Origin: Spirochaetia bacterium
GTDB lineage: Bacteria; Spirochaetota; Spirochaetia; UBA9216
NCBI GenBank assembly: GCA_963675665.1
Contig: OY776510.1
Coordinates: forward strand, 1,024,001-1,088,000
Direction of reading: 5' to 3'
Length of the DNA: 64,000 nt
Position numbers and translations under genes: made by a program. The notes under the pieces were generated by a model. The model ran no database searches and was not told the DNA's origin. It saw only the letters and a program-made list of their open reading frames with translations. Of the stretch, positions 17,975 through 27,957 are shown one piece after another (within the stretch, counting starts at the first letter, position 1; each line of letters starts with the position of its first letter).

Positions 17975-19498
17975 ATGAAGGATTTTAAAGCATTAGGATT
18001 GCAGAAAAGATTTGACGGTGTTGTAGCACTTAAAACAGTAGATGTCGAATTTGAGGGCCCGAAGATTTGCGGACTGGTAGGTGCAAACGGTTCAGGCAAA
18101 ACAACATTCGCACGATTATGCTGCGGTTTTTATCATGCCGATTGCGGAGAAATATTTGTTAATGGAGAAAGGGTAGATATTAAAAAACCTGAAGATGCTC
18201 TCCGTTACAGAATTGTTTTGGCGCATCAGAATTTAAGTTTAATACCTGATCTTTCAGTTTGGGAAAATATTAAATTAGGCAGAGAAGCAAGAAAAGGTTT
18301 CTGGCTGGATGATAAATTCGATAAGGAGCATGCAAAAGAGATCCTTAATGAATTAGCGCCCGGTGAAATTGCCATAGAGATGAAAATCAGAGATTTGATC
18401 CCTGCTCATAAACAAATCGTTGAAATAGCAAAGGCGCTATCTCAGGATCCTGAGCTTTTGATTCTGGATGAACCGACAGCGGCGCTTGAGATCACACATG
18501 TTAAATTATTATTTAGAAAAATAAAAAAGCTTAAAGAAAATGATACATCAGTGATATTTGTATCCCATAGATTATGGGAAATCACAGAGATTTGTGATGT
18601 TGTATTTGCGTTCAGAAACGGAGAATATGTCGGGTCCCTTGATTTTGCAAAACAGCCCCGTGATGAGGAACTTATAATCCCTTTTGTAACCGGTCAGAAT
18701 GTTAAATATGAAAAGAAGACCAGAAAAAATGATTATTTGAATGAAGGGCCTGATGGTAGAGACTATTTAATACTGGAAAATGTGAATTACGGAAACAAGG
18801 TAAAGAACATCTCCCTGTCTGTGAAGAAAGGCGAGATTATAGGTATCGGAGGATTAAGCGGGCAGGGGCAGGAAGAATTGATAATGTTGCTTGCGGGCGC
18901 TTTAAAGAATACCGGGGGTCTGATAAAAATGGGTGGTGAAGTCCTGAAAATGAATCATCCGGTACATGCTGTAAAGAGAGGAATTTTCCTGGTTCCCGGA
19001 GATAGAAATGTGGATGGTTTATTTAATTCGCATGATGTCTTTACTAACGGGATATTTCCAAGATTTTCATTGAACAAAGAAAAGTTTCTTTTAAATTTCA
19101 GAAAATTATACGACATCATAAATGAAATTATTATTAAAGTAGAATTAAAACCGCAAAACAGTAAAAATGTTGTGAAAAAGCTCAGCGGTGGAAATCAGCA
19201 AAAAATAGTATTCGGCAGATGGCTGCAATTTAAACCGGCAGTGCTGCTTTTAAACGATCCTGCAAAAGGAATAGATATTCAGGCAAAAGATTCGCTTTAT
19301 ACATTGGCAAGAGGTTTGTCGAATGATGGTACTATTGTCGTATTATATTCCAGCAGTAATGAAGAATTAATTGAAAATTGCGATCGCGTGTTTGTTATGT
19401 TTGAAGGGGAGATCGTAGACGAATTTGAAAATCAGAATCTGTCAGATGATAATTTAATAAAATCCTCTTTACGTGTTAAGGGAGATATGAATGAATAA
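17975..19498 (+). CDS. Sugar ABC transporter ATP-binding protein (two NBDs)
   Basis: GANGSGKT, LILDEPT, SHRL, LSGGNQQK. Confidence 0.93.
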   Translation: MKDFKALGLQKRFDGVVALKTVDVEFEGPKICGLVGANGSGKTTFARLCCGFYHADCGEIFVNGERVDIKKPEDALRYRIVLAHQNLSLIPDLSVWENIKLGREARKGFWLDDKFDKEHAKEILNELAPGEIAIEMKIRDLIPAHKQIVEIAKALSQDPELLILDEPTAALEITHVKLLFRKIKKLKENDTSVIFVSHRLWEITEICDVVFAFRNGEYVGSLDFAKQPRDEELIIPFVTGQNVKYEKKTRKNDYLNEGPDGRDYLILENVNYGNKVKNISLSVKKGEIIGIGGLSGQGQEELIMLLAGALKNTGGLIKMGGEVLKMNHPVHAVKRGIFLVPGDRNVDGLFNSHDVFTNGIFPRFSLNKEKFLLNFRKLYDIINEIIIKVELKPQNSKNVVKKLSGGNQQKIVFGRWLQFKPAVLLLNDPAKGIDIQAKDSLYTLARGLSNDGTIVVLYSSSNEELIENCDRVFVMFEGEIVDEFENQNLSDDNLIKSSLRVKGDMNE

Positions 19499-20477
19499 AA
19501 TAAAAAGAATATCGGCTGATTTGATCAGGCGGCCGTCATTTACCAGTTTCCTCATATTAGTAGTTTTAGTTATTGTAAATGCGATAATTCAGCCCAACTT
19601 TTTTTCGTATCGATCATTAAAATCAAATTTCATGAGCTACACTCCGCTAATATTTGCGGCGGTAGCACAGGGAATGATAATACTCTCCGGTTCCATAGAT
19701 CTGTCGCTTGGAAGTACCATAGCATTGCTCAATTGTCTGACGGCTTCAATGCTGTCCGATTCAAATGTATTCAAGGTAATGATGTTTGGTCTTTTTATAA
19801 CACTTGTCGTCAGCGGTGTTATTAATGGATTATTAATCGGTAAATTAAATCTGTCTCCGTTGATTACTACATTTGCAACCTCGGCAATATATTTAGGAAT
19901 TGCGATGATTATCCTGCCTAAAGCAGGCGGGTATGTCCCGAGGTTTTTATATAATTATTATAAGGGCAGTTTTCTGGGAATTATACCTAATGCCTTTCTA
20001 TTGTTGATTTTAGGTTTGGCTTTATGGTTAATATTCAGCAGAACTTCCGCATATAGATATATCTATGCTGTAGGCAGCAATGAAGACGGCGCTTTTGCCT
20101 CCGGAATTTCAATTTTAAAAACCCGCCTTTTTGCACATCTTTTTTCCGGGTTTTTTATTTTTCTTGCGGGAGTATGTGTTATTATGTTTACTTCAACCGG
20201 AGACTATCGAACGGGAAGCAGCTATACAATGAATTCAATTGCCGCTGTTGTTATCGGAGGAATCTCTCTTTCCGGAGGAAAAGGTTCGATGGCAGGCGCC
20301 GTATGGGGCGCTTTGATATTAGGAGTCCTGAATAATATAATATTCTATTCACATGCCTCTTCATATTTCCAGGTGTTGGCAAAGGGTCTGATTATTGTTG
20401 CTGCATTATGTATCGGAATTATTCCGGCGCTGATTAATAATTCAAGAATGAAAAAAATCGGGGGAAATCTTAAATGA
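19491..20477 (+). CDS. Sugar ABC transporter permease
   Basis: IDLSLG, YAVGSNEDGAFASGI, IAAVVIGGISLSGGKG. Confidence 0.93.
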   Translation: MNKIKRISADLIRRPSFTSFLILVVLVIVNAIIQPNFFSYRSLKSNFMSYTPLIFAAVAQGMIILSGSIDLSLGSTIALLNCLTASMLSDSNVFKVMMFGLFITLVVSGVINGLLIGKLNLSPLITTFATSAIYLGIAMIILPKAGGYVPRFLYNYYKGSFLGIIPNAFLLLILGLALWLIFSRTSAYRYIYAVGSNEDGAFASGISILKTRLFAHLFSGFFIFLAGVCVIMFTSTGDYRTGSSYTMNSIAAVVIGGISLSGGKGSMAGAVWGALILGVLNNIIFYSHASSYFQVLAKGLIIVAALCIGIIPALINNSRMKKIGGNLK

Positions 20478-21490
20478 GTGAAATGGCATGTTCGGATAAA
20501 AATGACAGAGGTTCATCAGGAATTTTATTGCGAATAATCAATAACAGGGTTCTTTTTGCATTTATTTTGGTACTGTTTCTTTTTATATTCGGTGAGATAA
20601 TAGTTCCCGGATTTATCAAGTTTAACCATATTATGTCAGTGCTGCAGGCTTCATTCTTTCTGGGAATTATAAGTCTTGGTCAGACAATTGTTGTGATTTC
20701 AGGTGATGATGGTGTAGATCTTTCTGTAGGGGCTGTTTTAACCCTGGGCGTAGTAATTGGAGCTGCAGTTATTAATGGCGATAATGGGCGCGTACTGTAT
20801 GCAATACTTGCTGCTGTCAGTGCAGGTTTTATTGTCGGAATGGTTAACGGTATAGGAGTCTCGATATTGAAAATTTCTCCGTTGATAATGACTATGTCCT
20901 GGGGAATAGTCATTGAAGGAGGGATATTGTTTGCGATAAAAGGACATATGTATGGAACCGGGTCATCTTTCCTGGACATGATTGGAAACGGACATTTTAC
21001 AATTCCTGCATCCTCCGGAGGAAGTTTTACAATTCCATATGTCCTGTTTATTTGGGTTGTTTTAATTTTATTAGCAGTTTTTATTCTGAAAAGAACACGA
21101 GTGGGTTTTATCCTGTATGCTATTGGAGAAAACGATAATGCAGCACGTTTGCAGGGGATAAGAACCGGACTTGTCCGTATTCTGGTATATGGCATTAGCG
21201 GCTTACTGTCATGCCTGACCGGCATACTCCTTTTAGGCTATGTAGGAAGTGCGCATTTGAATTTAGGTAATCGATATATTCTTCCTTCTATTGTTGCAGT
21301 TGTTATTGGGGGTACGAATTTCGGCGGCGGCGCAGGCAGTTATATTGGAACGGTCGGCGGCGCAATATTCTTAACAACATTACAGAGTATATTGGTAACT
21401 CAGGAGATGTCTGAAGGCAGTAAACAGGTAGTTACCGGTTTAGTATTGTTGCTTTTATTAATTTTGTATAACAGAAAAAAGCAAAGATAA
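20474..21490 (+). CDS. Sugar ABC transporter permease
   Basis: VDLSVG, YAIGENDNAARLQGI, VAVVIGGT. Confidence 0.93.
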   Translation: MSEMACSDKNDRGSSGILLRIINNRVLFAFILVLFLFIFGEIIVPGFIKFNHIMSVLQASFFLGIISLGQTIVVISGDDGVDLSVGAVLTLGVVIGAAVINGDNGRVLYAILAAVSAGFIVGMVNGIGVSILKISPLIMTMSWGIVIEGGILFAIKGHMYGTGSSFLDMIGNGHFTIPASSGGSFTIPYVLFIWVVLILLAVFILKRTRVGFILYAIGENDNAARLQGIRTGLVRILVYGISGLLSCLTGILLLGYVGSAHLNLGNRYILPSIVAVVIGGTNFGGGAGSYIGTVGGAIFLTTLQSILVTQEMSEGSKQVVTGLVLLLLLILYNRKKQR

Positions 21491-21514
21491 ATATTCATAC
21501 ATAAGGAGATTATA

Positions 21515-22771
21515 ATGGAAGCGGATGTTAAGGAATTATACGATAATAGATTAAAAAGGGTAAAAGATGCTATAGCACTGAAAGAGCCGGATCAGATACC
21601 TATTGTCAGTCCTGTTCAGAAATTTGTTTACGATCATGCCGGAATCACTATGCGTGAGGCTATGTATGAATATGATAAAACCAAATTTGCATGTAAGAAA
21701 TTTGCAGAAGAATTCACGCCTGATATGGATTTTGGGCCCTGGTTTGCACTGCCCGGAAAGGTTTTGGATATTACCAAATTAAACTGGCTTCGCTGGCCGG
21801 GCGGCGGACTGGAAGATGACAATAATATGTATCAATTTATTGAAGATGAATATATGAAAGAAGATGAATACGATGAATTCAATTTTGATATGACTCATTT
21901 TCTTTTAACAAAATGGCTGCCCCGCTCGGTTGGAAATGCAGAAGGATTAAAAAACTTCCCGGTAATAAGAAACGCCATGTGGTTCGGGTGGTTTCCGGCT
22001 TGTCTGCCGTTTGCTTCAGATGAGCTGATCAAGGCTTTTGATACACTGAAAAGAGCAGGCGAAGAATTAGGTAATTATTATAGTTTCGTAGGGCAATACT
22101 TTGACGAAGTAAAGAGTGAATTCGGAATGCCCGCTGCTGCAGGATCCTTTGCCTGGGCGCCCTTTGATTTAATTGGAGATACTCTTCGCGGAACCGAAGG
22201 CGTTCTGATGGATATGTATGATCGACCTGAAAAACTCGAAGAAGCAATAGACAGAATGGTGCCGATCGGTATTGATATGGGTGTTCAGGGATTAAAAAAC
22301 AATCAGAACCCATTCTGCTGGATCTGGCTTCATAAAGGAATGGATTCGTTCATGTCTGATGAATATTTCTCCAGGTTCTACTGGAAAAGCTTCCTCAAGA
22401 TGATAGAGGGAATGGTTGAAGAAGGAGTAATTCCGATGATTTACGGAGAGGGTTCCTTAAATTCCAGACTTAAATATTTTGCCGAATTGCCTAAAGGCAA
22501 GTGTATGCTCCATCTTGAAAATGCCGAAATTGAGGAAATGCGAACCGCCAAAGAAACTCTTAAAGATGTAGTATGTCTTTCTGGAAATGTTCCGAATATT
22601 TTATTCTCGCACGGTTCTGTTGATGAAATAAAAGACTATACAAAAAAACTGATAGATATTTGCGGTAAAGACGGAGGATATATAATGGATACCTCTGCGT
22701 TATTGGATGAGGCAAAGCCCGAGAATGTCAGAGCCTGGTTCGACACGACCCGTGAATACGGCCGTTATTAA
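21515..22771 (+). CDS. Uroporphyrinogen decarboxylase / MtaA-CmuA-like TIM-barrel family protein
   Basis: EPDQIP, APFD-IGD-LRG, DMYDRPE, CLSGNVP, GGYIMD and KPENV pattern. Confidence 0.8.
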   Translation: MEADVKELYDNRLKRVKDAIALKEPDQIPIVSPVQKFVYDHAGITMREAMYEYDKTKFACKKFAEEFTPDMDFGPWFALPGKVLDITKLNWLRWPGGGLEDDNNMYQFIEDEYMKEDEYDEFNFDMTHFLLTKWLPRSVGNAEGLKNFPVIRNAMWFGWFPACLPFASDELIKAFDTLKRAGEELGNYYSFVGQYFDEVKSEFGMPAAAGSFAWAPFDLIGDTLRGTEGVLMDMYDRPEKLEEAIDRMVPIGIDMGVQGLKNNQNPFCWIWLHKGMDSFMSDEYFSRFYWKSFLKMIEGMVEEGVIPMIYGEGSLNSRLKYFAELPKGKCMLHLENAEIEEMRTAKETLKDVVCLSGNVPNILFSHGSVDEIKDYTKKLIDICGKDGGYIMDTSALLDEAKPENVRAWFDTTREYGRY

Positions 22772-22858
22772 AAACTGATTTTAAACTGATGTCTGGGCGG
22801 AAGTGCCGGGCGGAGATGTTCCACGAACTTTTACCCAGACCTGATGAAAGTGATCAGT

Positions 22859-23344
22859 TTATCTGGTAATTTTTCGGATCATCTTTCCGACAAGTTTTGA
22901 AGTCTTTTTTGTCACTTCCCTGCCTGCTTCCCGTGCAATCTGGTTTTTGACGGCCTCGAACAGTTTTTCCGGGGAAATATCGCCCTTTATAGCTCCTTTC
23001 AGATCGAACGGTTTTTGTCGGTCCGAATCGGGCGCGGCCCCGGTTTCGGGGATATCGTCAATAGTCCATGCGGTTAGTGTTTTCCATTCACCGGAACCAG
23101 CCAGCCAGGCGGTAAATATCCTTTCCGTTGTTTCGACTGATAACCCCGGGCCGCTGCTGTAATGTCCGGAAGCGTCCTGGTACTCGGCAATAAATCCCGT
23201 TTCGGAATACGCGCACTGGATATAGTCTTCTCCGTTTGAAAGAATCAGAAAATCGTTATCGCTGTTAAGTTTTGAGATGTTGTTTTTTAACTGTTCCGCA
23301 GTTACGTTTTCTGCGCTGTAACCGGAAGCCGTCTCTATATTCAT
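22859..23344 (-). CDS. Hypothetical protein (intact copy; island insertion target)
   Basis: 161-aa ORF with AGGAGG RBS upstream of ATG 23344. Confidence 0.8.
   Translation of the reverse strand: MNIETASGYSAENVTAEQLKNNISKLNSDNDFLILSNGEDYIQCAYSETGFIAEYQDASGHYSSGPGLSVETTERIFTAWLAGSGEWKTLTAWTIDDIPETGAAPDSDRQKPFDLKGAIKGDISPEKLFEAVKNQIAREAGREVTKKTSKLVGKMIRKITR
22860..23256. repeat. 397-bp direct repeat, copy 2
   Basis: Matches 12012..12408 with 5 substitutions. Confidence 0.95.
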
Positions 23345-23519
23345 TCTTTTCCTCCTGATAAAAAAACATTATAACACGGAAAATGCCGGAAATCGGGTAT
23401 TAACAGCAATAAGGGGCGGCAAAGTCTGTTAAACAGTGCAAAGACCCTCGACAAATTAAGGTATCGGGTTTAAATTTGTAGATGTCAGGTTATCACAAAA
23501 AAAACAAGGAGGCAAAACT

Positions 23520-24641
23520 GTGAAATATCTAATCACAGTCATCTTCCTGCTGTTGCTTGTTGCATATTCGCTGTCCGGAGAACCCCTTACAACCGGGGTG
23601 GTCGAATTTGAAGAAAAAAATGATATCGGGCTGGATAATGCCGGGATAATTATTCCCGAAGTTCTTGTTTCACACTTGAAAAATATCGGCAAATATAAAT
23701 TTACGGAACGTATACTGTTAAAAAAGGTGCTCGAAGAACAGGCCCTGCAGATGAGCGGAATAATTGATGAAGATACAGCGGGAGAAGTGGGAAAACTTTT
23801 CGGTCTTGAGGCGGTAATCACCGGTTCGGCAATGAAGATCGGCGATGAAATCACAATCAGCGGAAGGGTCATAAAAACCGAGACTGCGGAGATTATAGCA
23901 TCCGGAACGATAGAATTCACGGAAATCGACAGGCTGAAAGAAAACCTGGAAAAACTGGCTTATCTTCTGTCGGGTTATTCGGAAGACGATTATCAGAATA
24001 TAAAGGTTTCCTATGAAATCTCCAAGAACAACTACGGTTTAAGGCTCGGTTCGGGATATGCCCGGAATTCAAACGATAACGGGTTTTCGGGCCTGCTTAT
24101 AGGCCTGTTCTACCAGGGAGAGAAAATCAGCGCAGAGTTTAACGGTATTCCTCCTGTTCTTGCCAATGTCGCCCTGATAAACCCAGCGGTCAGTTATTTT
24201 CCGTTTACCCATGTCGGATTCGGAGCAAGCTTCATCTTCTGCAGCGATGAACTGAGCAAGGCTGATAAAAATGTAACAGGCGAGGACCATTGGCACGGGG
24301 AATACATGTCGGTTCTTCTTGGAATTAATCTGAGAGCTTCCGAAGCACTAAGGGGTTCCGTATACATGGGGCCGACAATTGACACGGCCATAATGTATCA
24401 GGATGAACAGAATGAAGAGAGGCATTATTCCGGCGGATTTCAGTTCGGGTTTCCTCCTCCGGCAATAACCGTTGAAGCTGAATACTGGTTTCCCAATAAT
24501 ATGTCCTTACGGTTTTTGTTTATAATGGACGGCGGCGACGGCGTATTTGAAGGTGCGGAGACTGATACCGATGGCATGAGCACAATGTTTATAACTCTGT
24601 CGTTGGGATATAAATTTTCAATAAAATCCAGTGATAAATAG
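23520..24641 (+). CDS. Exported protein with CsgG/FlgO-like N-terminal domain and probable C-terminal beta-barrel
   Basis: AGGAGG + GTG start; ER-x-L-x2-VLEEQALQMSG...EVGKLFG...VITGS...RVIKTETAEI; glycine/aromatic strands ending LGYKF. Confidence 0.75.
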   Translation: MKYLITVIFLLLLVAYSLSGEPLTTGVVEFEEKNDIGLDNAGIIIPEVLVSHLKNIGKYKFTERILLKKVLEEQALQMSGIIDEDTAGEVGKLFGLEAVITGSAMKIGDEITISGRVIKTETAEIIASGTIEFTEIDRLKENLEKLAYLLSGYSEDDYQNIKVSYEISKNNYGLRLGSGYARNSNDNGFSGLLIGLFYQGEKISAEFNGIPPVLANVALINPAVSYFPFTHVGFGASFIFCSDELSKADKNVTGEDHWHGEYMSVLLGINLRASEALRGSVYMGPTIDTAIMYQDEQNEERHYSGGFQFGFPPPAITVEAEYWFPNNMSLRFLFIMDGGDGVFEGAETDTDGMSTMFITLSLGYKFSIKSSDK

Positions 24642-24693
24642 AGAAAACATCTGTTTGTCCGGGGTTAAAGCCCTTTAACCGTTTGGTAGATTT

Positions 24694-26517
24694 TTATTTC
24701 AAATTAAATCTAATCGTAAAAATGCAACCGCTTGGTTTTTTGTTTGAATAGTTTATTGTTCCGTTATATTTATTAATAATGTTGTAGACTACCGACAACC
24801 CCAGTCCCATATTGTTGCCGGTGTTTTCCTTTGTTGAAAAGAATGGAGAAAACACCTTCTCTATGTATTTTTTATTTATTCCCGGACCATTGTCGCTTAC
24901 TTTAATTTCTACCTCTCTGGAATTTTCTTTAACATCAAGAGAAGTGACAATTTCAATTTCTCCGCCGTCGTTCATTGCTTCAAAACTGTTTCGGATCAGG
25001 TTTAAAAGAATTTGCTTGAATTCAATCGGGTTTATTATAAGCCAGATATCTTCGCGTGATTTGGTAAAATATATTTTTATGTTCTGGTATTGGGCGTTGA
25101 AATTCAAAAGGTTAATTGTTTCCTGCACCAATGAGTTAATTTCAACCTTATCGGTCCAGTCTACAGGTTTGTTTGCGAAGGTCATCAGGTTGCTGGTAAT
25201 ATGGGCGATTGTATTTATTTCGCTGCACAAATTATCTACAGTTTCTTTAAGTGCTGTGTCATCTAATTTCAGGTTAAGGTATTCCAGGTAATTATAAACT
25301 GCAGTCAAAGGATTATTTATCTCATGAGCAACTCCGGCGGCAAGCAGTCCGGTAGACGCAAGCCGTTCCGACAAAATAACCTTTTCACGAAGTTCTTCTC
25401 TTTGGGTTATATCTTCAAGAATTATAATTGAACCGATAAGAAATGAACCGTCATATATCGGATGTGTTTTTATATTTACTCTAAGCTTATCTGATTTTGT
25501 CGTAAAGTTTAAATTAAAATAATTTTTTTCATTTGATTTTAATAAACCGTCTTTTATTAAAGTAAAGATGTCAGGATTTTCTTCAAATAAGTATTCAATA
25601 TTCTTTCCGAGAAATTTATCTGTTTTTGAAAAAAAGCTTTTTGCCTGGTGATTGATTAGTTTTATATTGTTATGACGATCAAGCGCCAGCAGTATAACCG
25701 GAAGTTTCTCCAGAATGGCTTTGTTGTATTTTAACAGTTGATAAAATTCTTCTTTTTCGGAATCAATCATGTCTTCCGACATTATCTGCGTATAAGCCAG
25801 TTTTATCAGGTTGATTTTGTCAATATTTTTTACTCTGTCGGTAATAATTAGCTCGCCGTTTCTTATTATAGTAACCTTGTCGGCGAATTCATAAATGTCG
25901 TCTATACGATGCGTAACATAAAGAATGGTTGTGCCTTCTTCTCTCAATTTTTTGAGAATGTTGATTATTTTTGTAAAATTTATCTGCGACAGTTTCTGAA
26001 GGGCTTCATCAAGAATAAGCAAAGAAGGTTGAGTATAGATATGCTTAATTATTTCAATCAGAATCCTGTCTGAAAGTTTAAGGTTTCGTATTTTAATATT
26101 AGGATCAATATTGAAACCGTACTGTTGTATTATTTTTCTTGCGTTCTCTGTAATTTTTGTTTTATTTTTTCTGAAATATCCGGTCTTGTTTTTTATATGG
26201 GAAAACAAATTGTCCGCAACTGAAAAATTATCAAGCATAGGAAATTGTTGAGTTATAATTTCTACTCCATTATCCATTGCGGTTTCGCGGCTGAAAAAGG
26301 AATGTCTCTTACCGTTGAAAATTATATCTCCGTTTATCGGTTTTTCTATTCCGCTGATGATATTGCATAAAGATGTTTTGCCTGCTCCGTGTTCGCCGAC
26401 TATTGCAATTATTTCTGATTTATTAACCGAATAGTTGATATTTTTCAGTACCTTAAAACCGTTATATGAAAGCTCTATGTTCTGTAATTCAAGCAGCTTA
26501 ATTTGTTCTGATTTCAT
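24694..26517 (-). CDS. Soluble sensor histidine kinase with N-terminal sugar-type ABC ATPase domain (ABC-NBD-PAS-HisKA-HATPase)
   Basis: Walker A GEHGAGKT, Q-loop, Walker B LLILDE, H-loop VTHR; PAS ending EDIT; H-box AHEINNPL; N box NLIRNS; G1 DNGPGI; F box FSPFFSTK; G2 GLGLS; no TM segments. Confidence 0.92.
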   Translation of the reverse strand: MKSEQIKLLELQNIELSYNGFKVLKNINYSVNKSEIIAIVGEHGAGKTSLCNIISGIEKPINGDIIFNGKRHSFFSRETAMDNGVEIITQQFPMLDNFSVADNLFSHIKNKTGYFRKNKTKITENARKIIQQYGFNIDPNIKIRNLKLSDRILIEIIKHIYTQPSLLILDEALQKLSQINFTKIINILKKLREEGTTILYVTHRIDDIYEFADKVTIIRNGELIITDRVKNIDKINLIKLAYTQIMSEDMIDSEKEEFYQLLKYNKAILEKLPVILLALDRHNNIKLINHQAKSFFSKTDKFLGKNIEYLFEENPDIFTLIKDGLLKSNEKNYFNLNFTTKSDKLRVNIKTHPIYDGSFLIGSIIILEDITQREELREKVILSERLASTGLLAAGVAHEINNPLTAVYNYLEYLNLKLDDTALKETVDNLCSEINTIAHITSNLMTFANKPVDWTDKVEINSLVQETINLLNFNAQYQNIKIYFTKSREDIWLIINPIEFKQILLNLIRNSFEAMNDGGEIEIVTSLDVKENSREVEIKVSDNGPGINKKYIEKVFSPFFSTKENTGNNMGLGLSVVYNIINKYNGTINYSNKKPSGCIFTIRFNLK

Positions 26518-27802
26518 AATGTTTCATCTTGTTATATAGAGTCTTTCTGCTTATACCGAGTAATTGCGCCGCCGCCGATTTATGATTATTTGTTGTTTTC
26601 AGCGCCTTGAGAATCAATTCTTCTTCATTATTTTTTTTTATGCTTAATGAATAAGGCGTTTCTTTAGTATTAAGATACGGCGGCAGATCGTTAATCCGGA
26701 TCTCGTCATTCCTGGCTAAAACCAGCGCATAATTAATAACATTCTCAAGCTCACGTATATTTCCGGGCCAGGAAAATGTTTTAAAAAGGAGAGTTGTTTC
26801 TTTGCTGAGGTGTTTATTGCTTCCTTTCTTTTTGATGAAAATTGCCGACAGGTGTTCAATATCTTCAATTCTGTCTCTGAGCGGCGGCAGTATTACTGTA
26901 GCCGTGTTCAGCCTGTAGTACAGATCCTTGCGAAAGGTTTTTTCCTTAATCATCTCGGGTAAGTCTTTATTTGTTGCTGCAATAAATCGTACATCAATAT
27001 TCAGATCTTCTTTTCCGCCGAGGCGGCGTATCTCCTTGTTCTGAATGGCTCTTAAAATTTTTGCCTGGAGCGACAGCGGCATGTCGCCAATCTCATCCAG
27101 AAAAAGGGTGGATTTATCTGCACGTTCAAAAACTCCTTTAAATAAATCTCCTGCGCCTGTGTAAGCGCCTTTTTCATGGCCGAACAGTTCATTTTCCAGA
27201 AGAGATTCGTTAAAAGACGAGCAGTTGATTTTAACAGCTTTTTTTCCCCTGTGCTGTGAGTTTTTATGAATGAAATCGGCAAGGACCTCTTTCCCGGTAC
27301 CGCTTTCGCCCTGTATCAGGATTGGAATGTCTGATGTTGCAAGGACTTTTACTTTCTCGATTATTTCCTGCATTTCCGAATTCAGAGAAAAGACGGAATC
27401 GTTGACATTCAGGACATTGCTGTTTTCTTCAGCTGTTTGAAGATGCTTCTCAATTATTGTGAAGAGCTTTTTAAAATTAATAGGTTTCTGTATATAGTTT
27501 TTTGCGCCGAACTGAATTGCCTGTACTGCAGTCTCGATTGTTCCGAAAGCGGTTATCATTATTATGGGAATATCCGTATTATATGAAAGCAGTTTTTTCA
27601 GTATAGACATGCCGTCTTCATCACCAAGCCTGATGTCCAGCAGGGTTAAATCCACCGATGAAGATGAATAATGCCTTGCCGCCTCTTCAAAATTTCCTGC
27701 ATAGAGACAATAAAAACCCTTTTCAAGCAGAAGTGGTGATAAACTTTTATAGATGCTGATATTGTCGTCAACCAGTAAAATTGTTTTTTCAAATGTCACC
27801 AT
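26498..27802 (-). CDS. Sigma54-dependent response regulator (NtrC/AtoC family)
   Basis: REC (LLVDD, LLDIRL, ITAFG, KP), AAA+ (GESGTGKE, ELFGHEKGAYTGA, FLDEIG), Fis HTH. ATG 27802 is preferred because upstream codons overlap the UAS. Confidence 0.93.
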   Translation of the reverse strand: MVTFEKTILLVDDNISIYKSLSPLLLEKGFYCLYAGNFEEAARHYSSSSVDLTLLDIRLGDEDGMSILKKLLSYNTDIPIIMITAFGTIETAVQAIQFGAKNYIQKPINFKKLFTIIEKHLQTAEENSNVLNVNDSVFSLNSEMQEIIEKVKVLATSDIPILIQGESGTGKEVLADFIHKNSQHRGKKAVKINCSSFNESLLENELFGHEKGAYTGAGDLFKGVFERADKSTLFLDEIGDMPLSLQAKILRAIQNKEIRRLGGKEDLNIDVRFIAATNKDLPEMIKEKTFRKDLYYRLNTATVILPPLRDRIEDIEHLSAIFIKKKGSNKHLSKETTLLFKTFSWPGNIRELENVINYALVLARNDEIRINDLPPYLNTKETPYSLSIKKNNEEELILKALKTTNNHKSAAAQLLGISRKTLYNKMKHYEIRTN

Positions 27803-27818
27803 ATTACCCAAAATATAC

Positions 27819-27845
27819 AAACATGGGTATACATTACCCATGTTT
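27819..27845. promoter_or_regulatory. Palindromic upstream activating sequence (probable binding site of the sigma54 activator)
   Basis: AAACATGGGTA-tacat-TACCCATGTTT, 11-bp perfect arms, about 115-140 bp upstream of the -24 box. An extra ATTACCCA half-site lies at 27803-27810. Confidence 0.7.
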
Positions 27846-27957
27846 GATTTAATCAAATAAGGAATTGTAAAAGCAAAATTTGTATTTGTCCAGAAAATAA
27901 TGTTTCAGAGGTTATTTCCTGATTCATTTTATCGATTTAAACGCTATTTCGTGTTGT

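Larger units (their letters stand above)
12409..22859. mobile_element. Sugar-utilisation genomic island bounded by a 397-bp direct repeat; no integrase or transposase inside
   Basis: Flanking repeat, a gene fragment at the left junction and an AT-rich regulator gene. Confidence 0.7.

Noticed and set aside
19240-19270. NDP/DDP instead of DEP in the second NBD of the three sugar ABC ATPases
   Set aside because: A degenerate second site is normal for two-domain CUT2 ATPases; not evidence of pseudogenes or novelty.
22841-22860. CTGATGA resembling a hammerhead ribozyme core
   Set aside because: No stem II followed by GAAA and no cleavage-site arrangement could be built.
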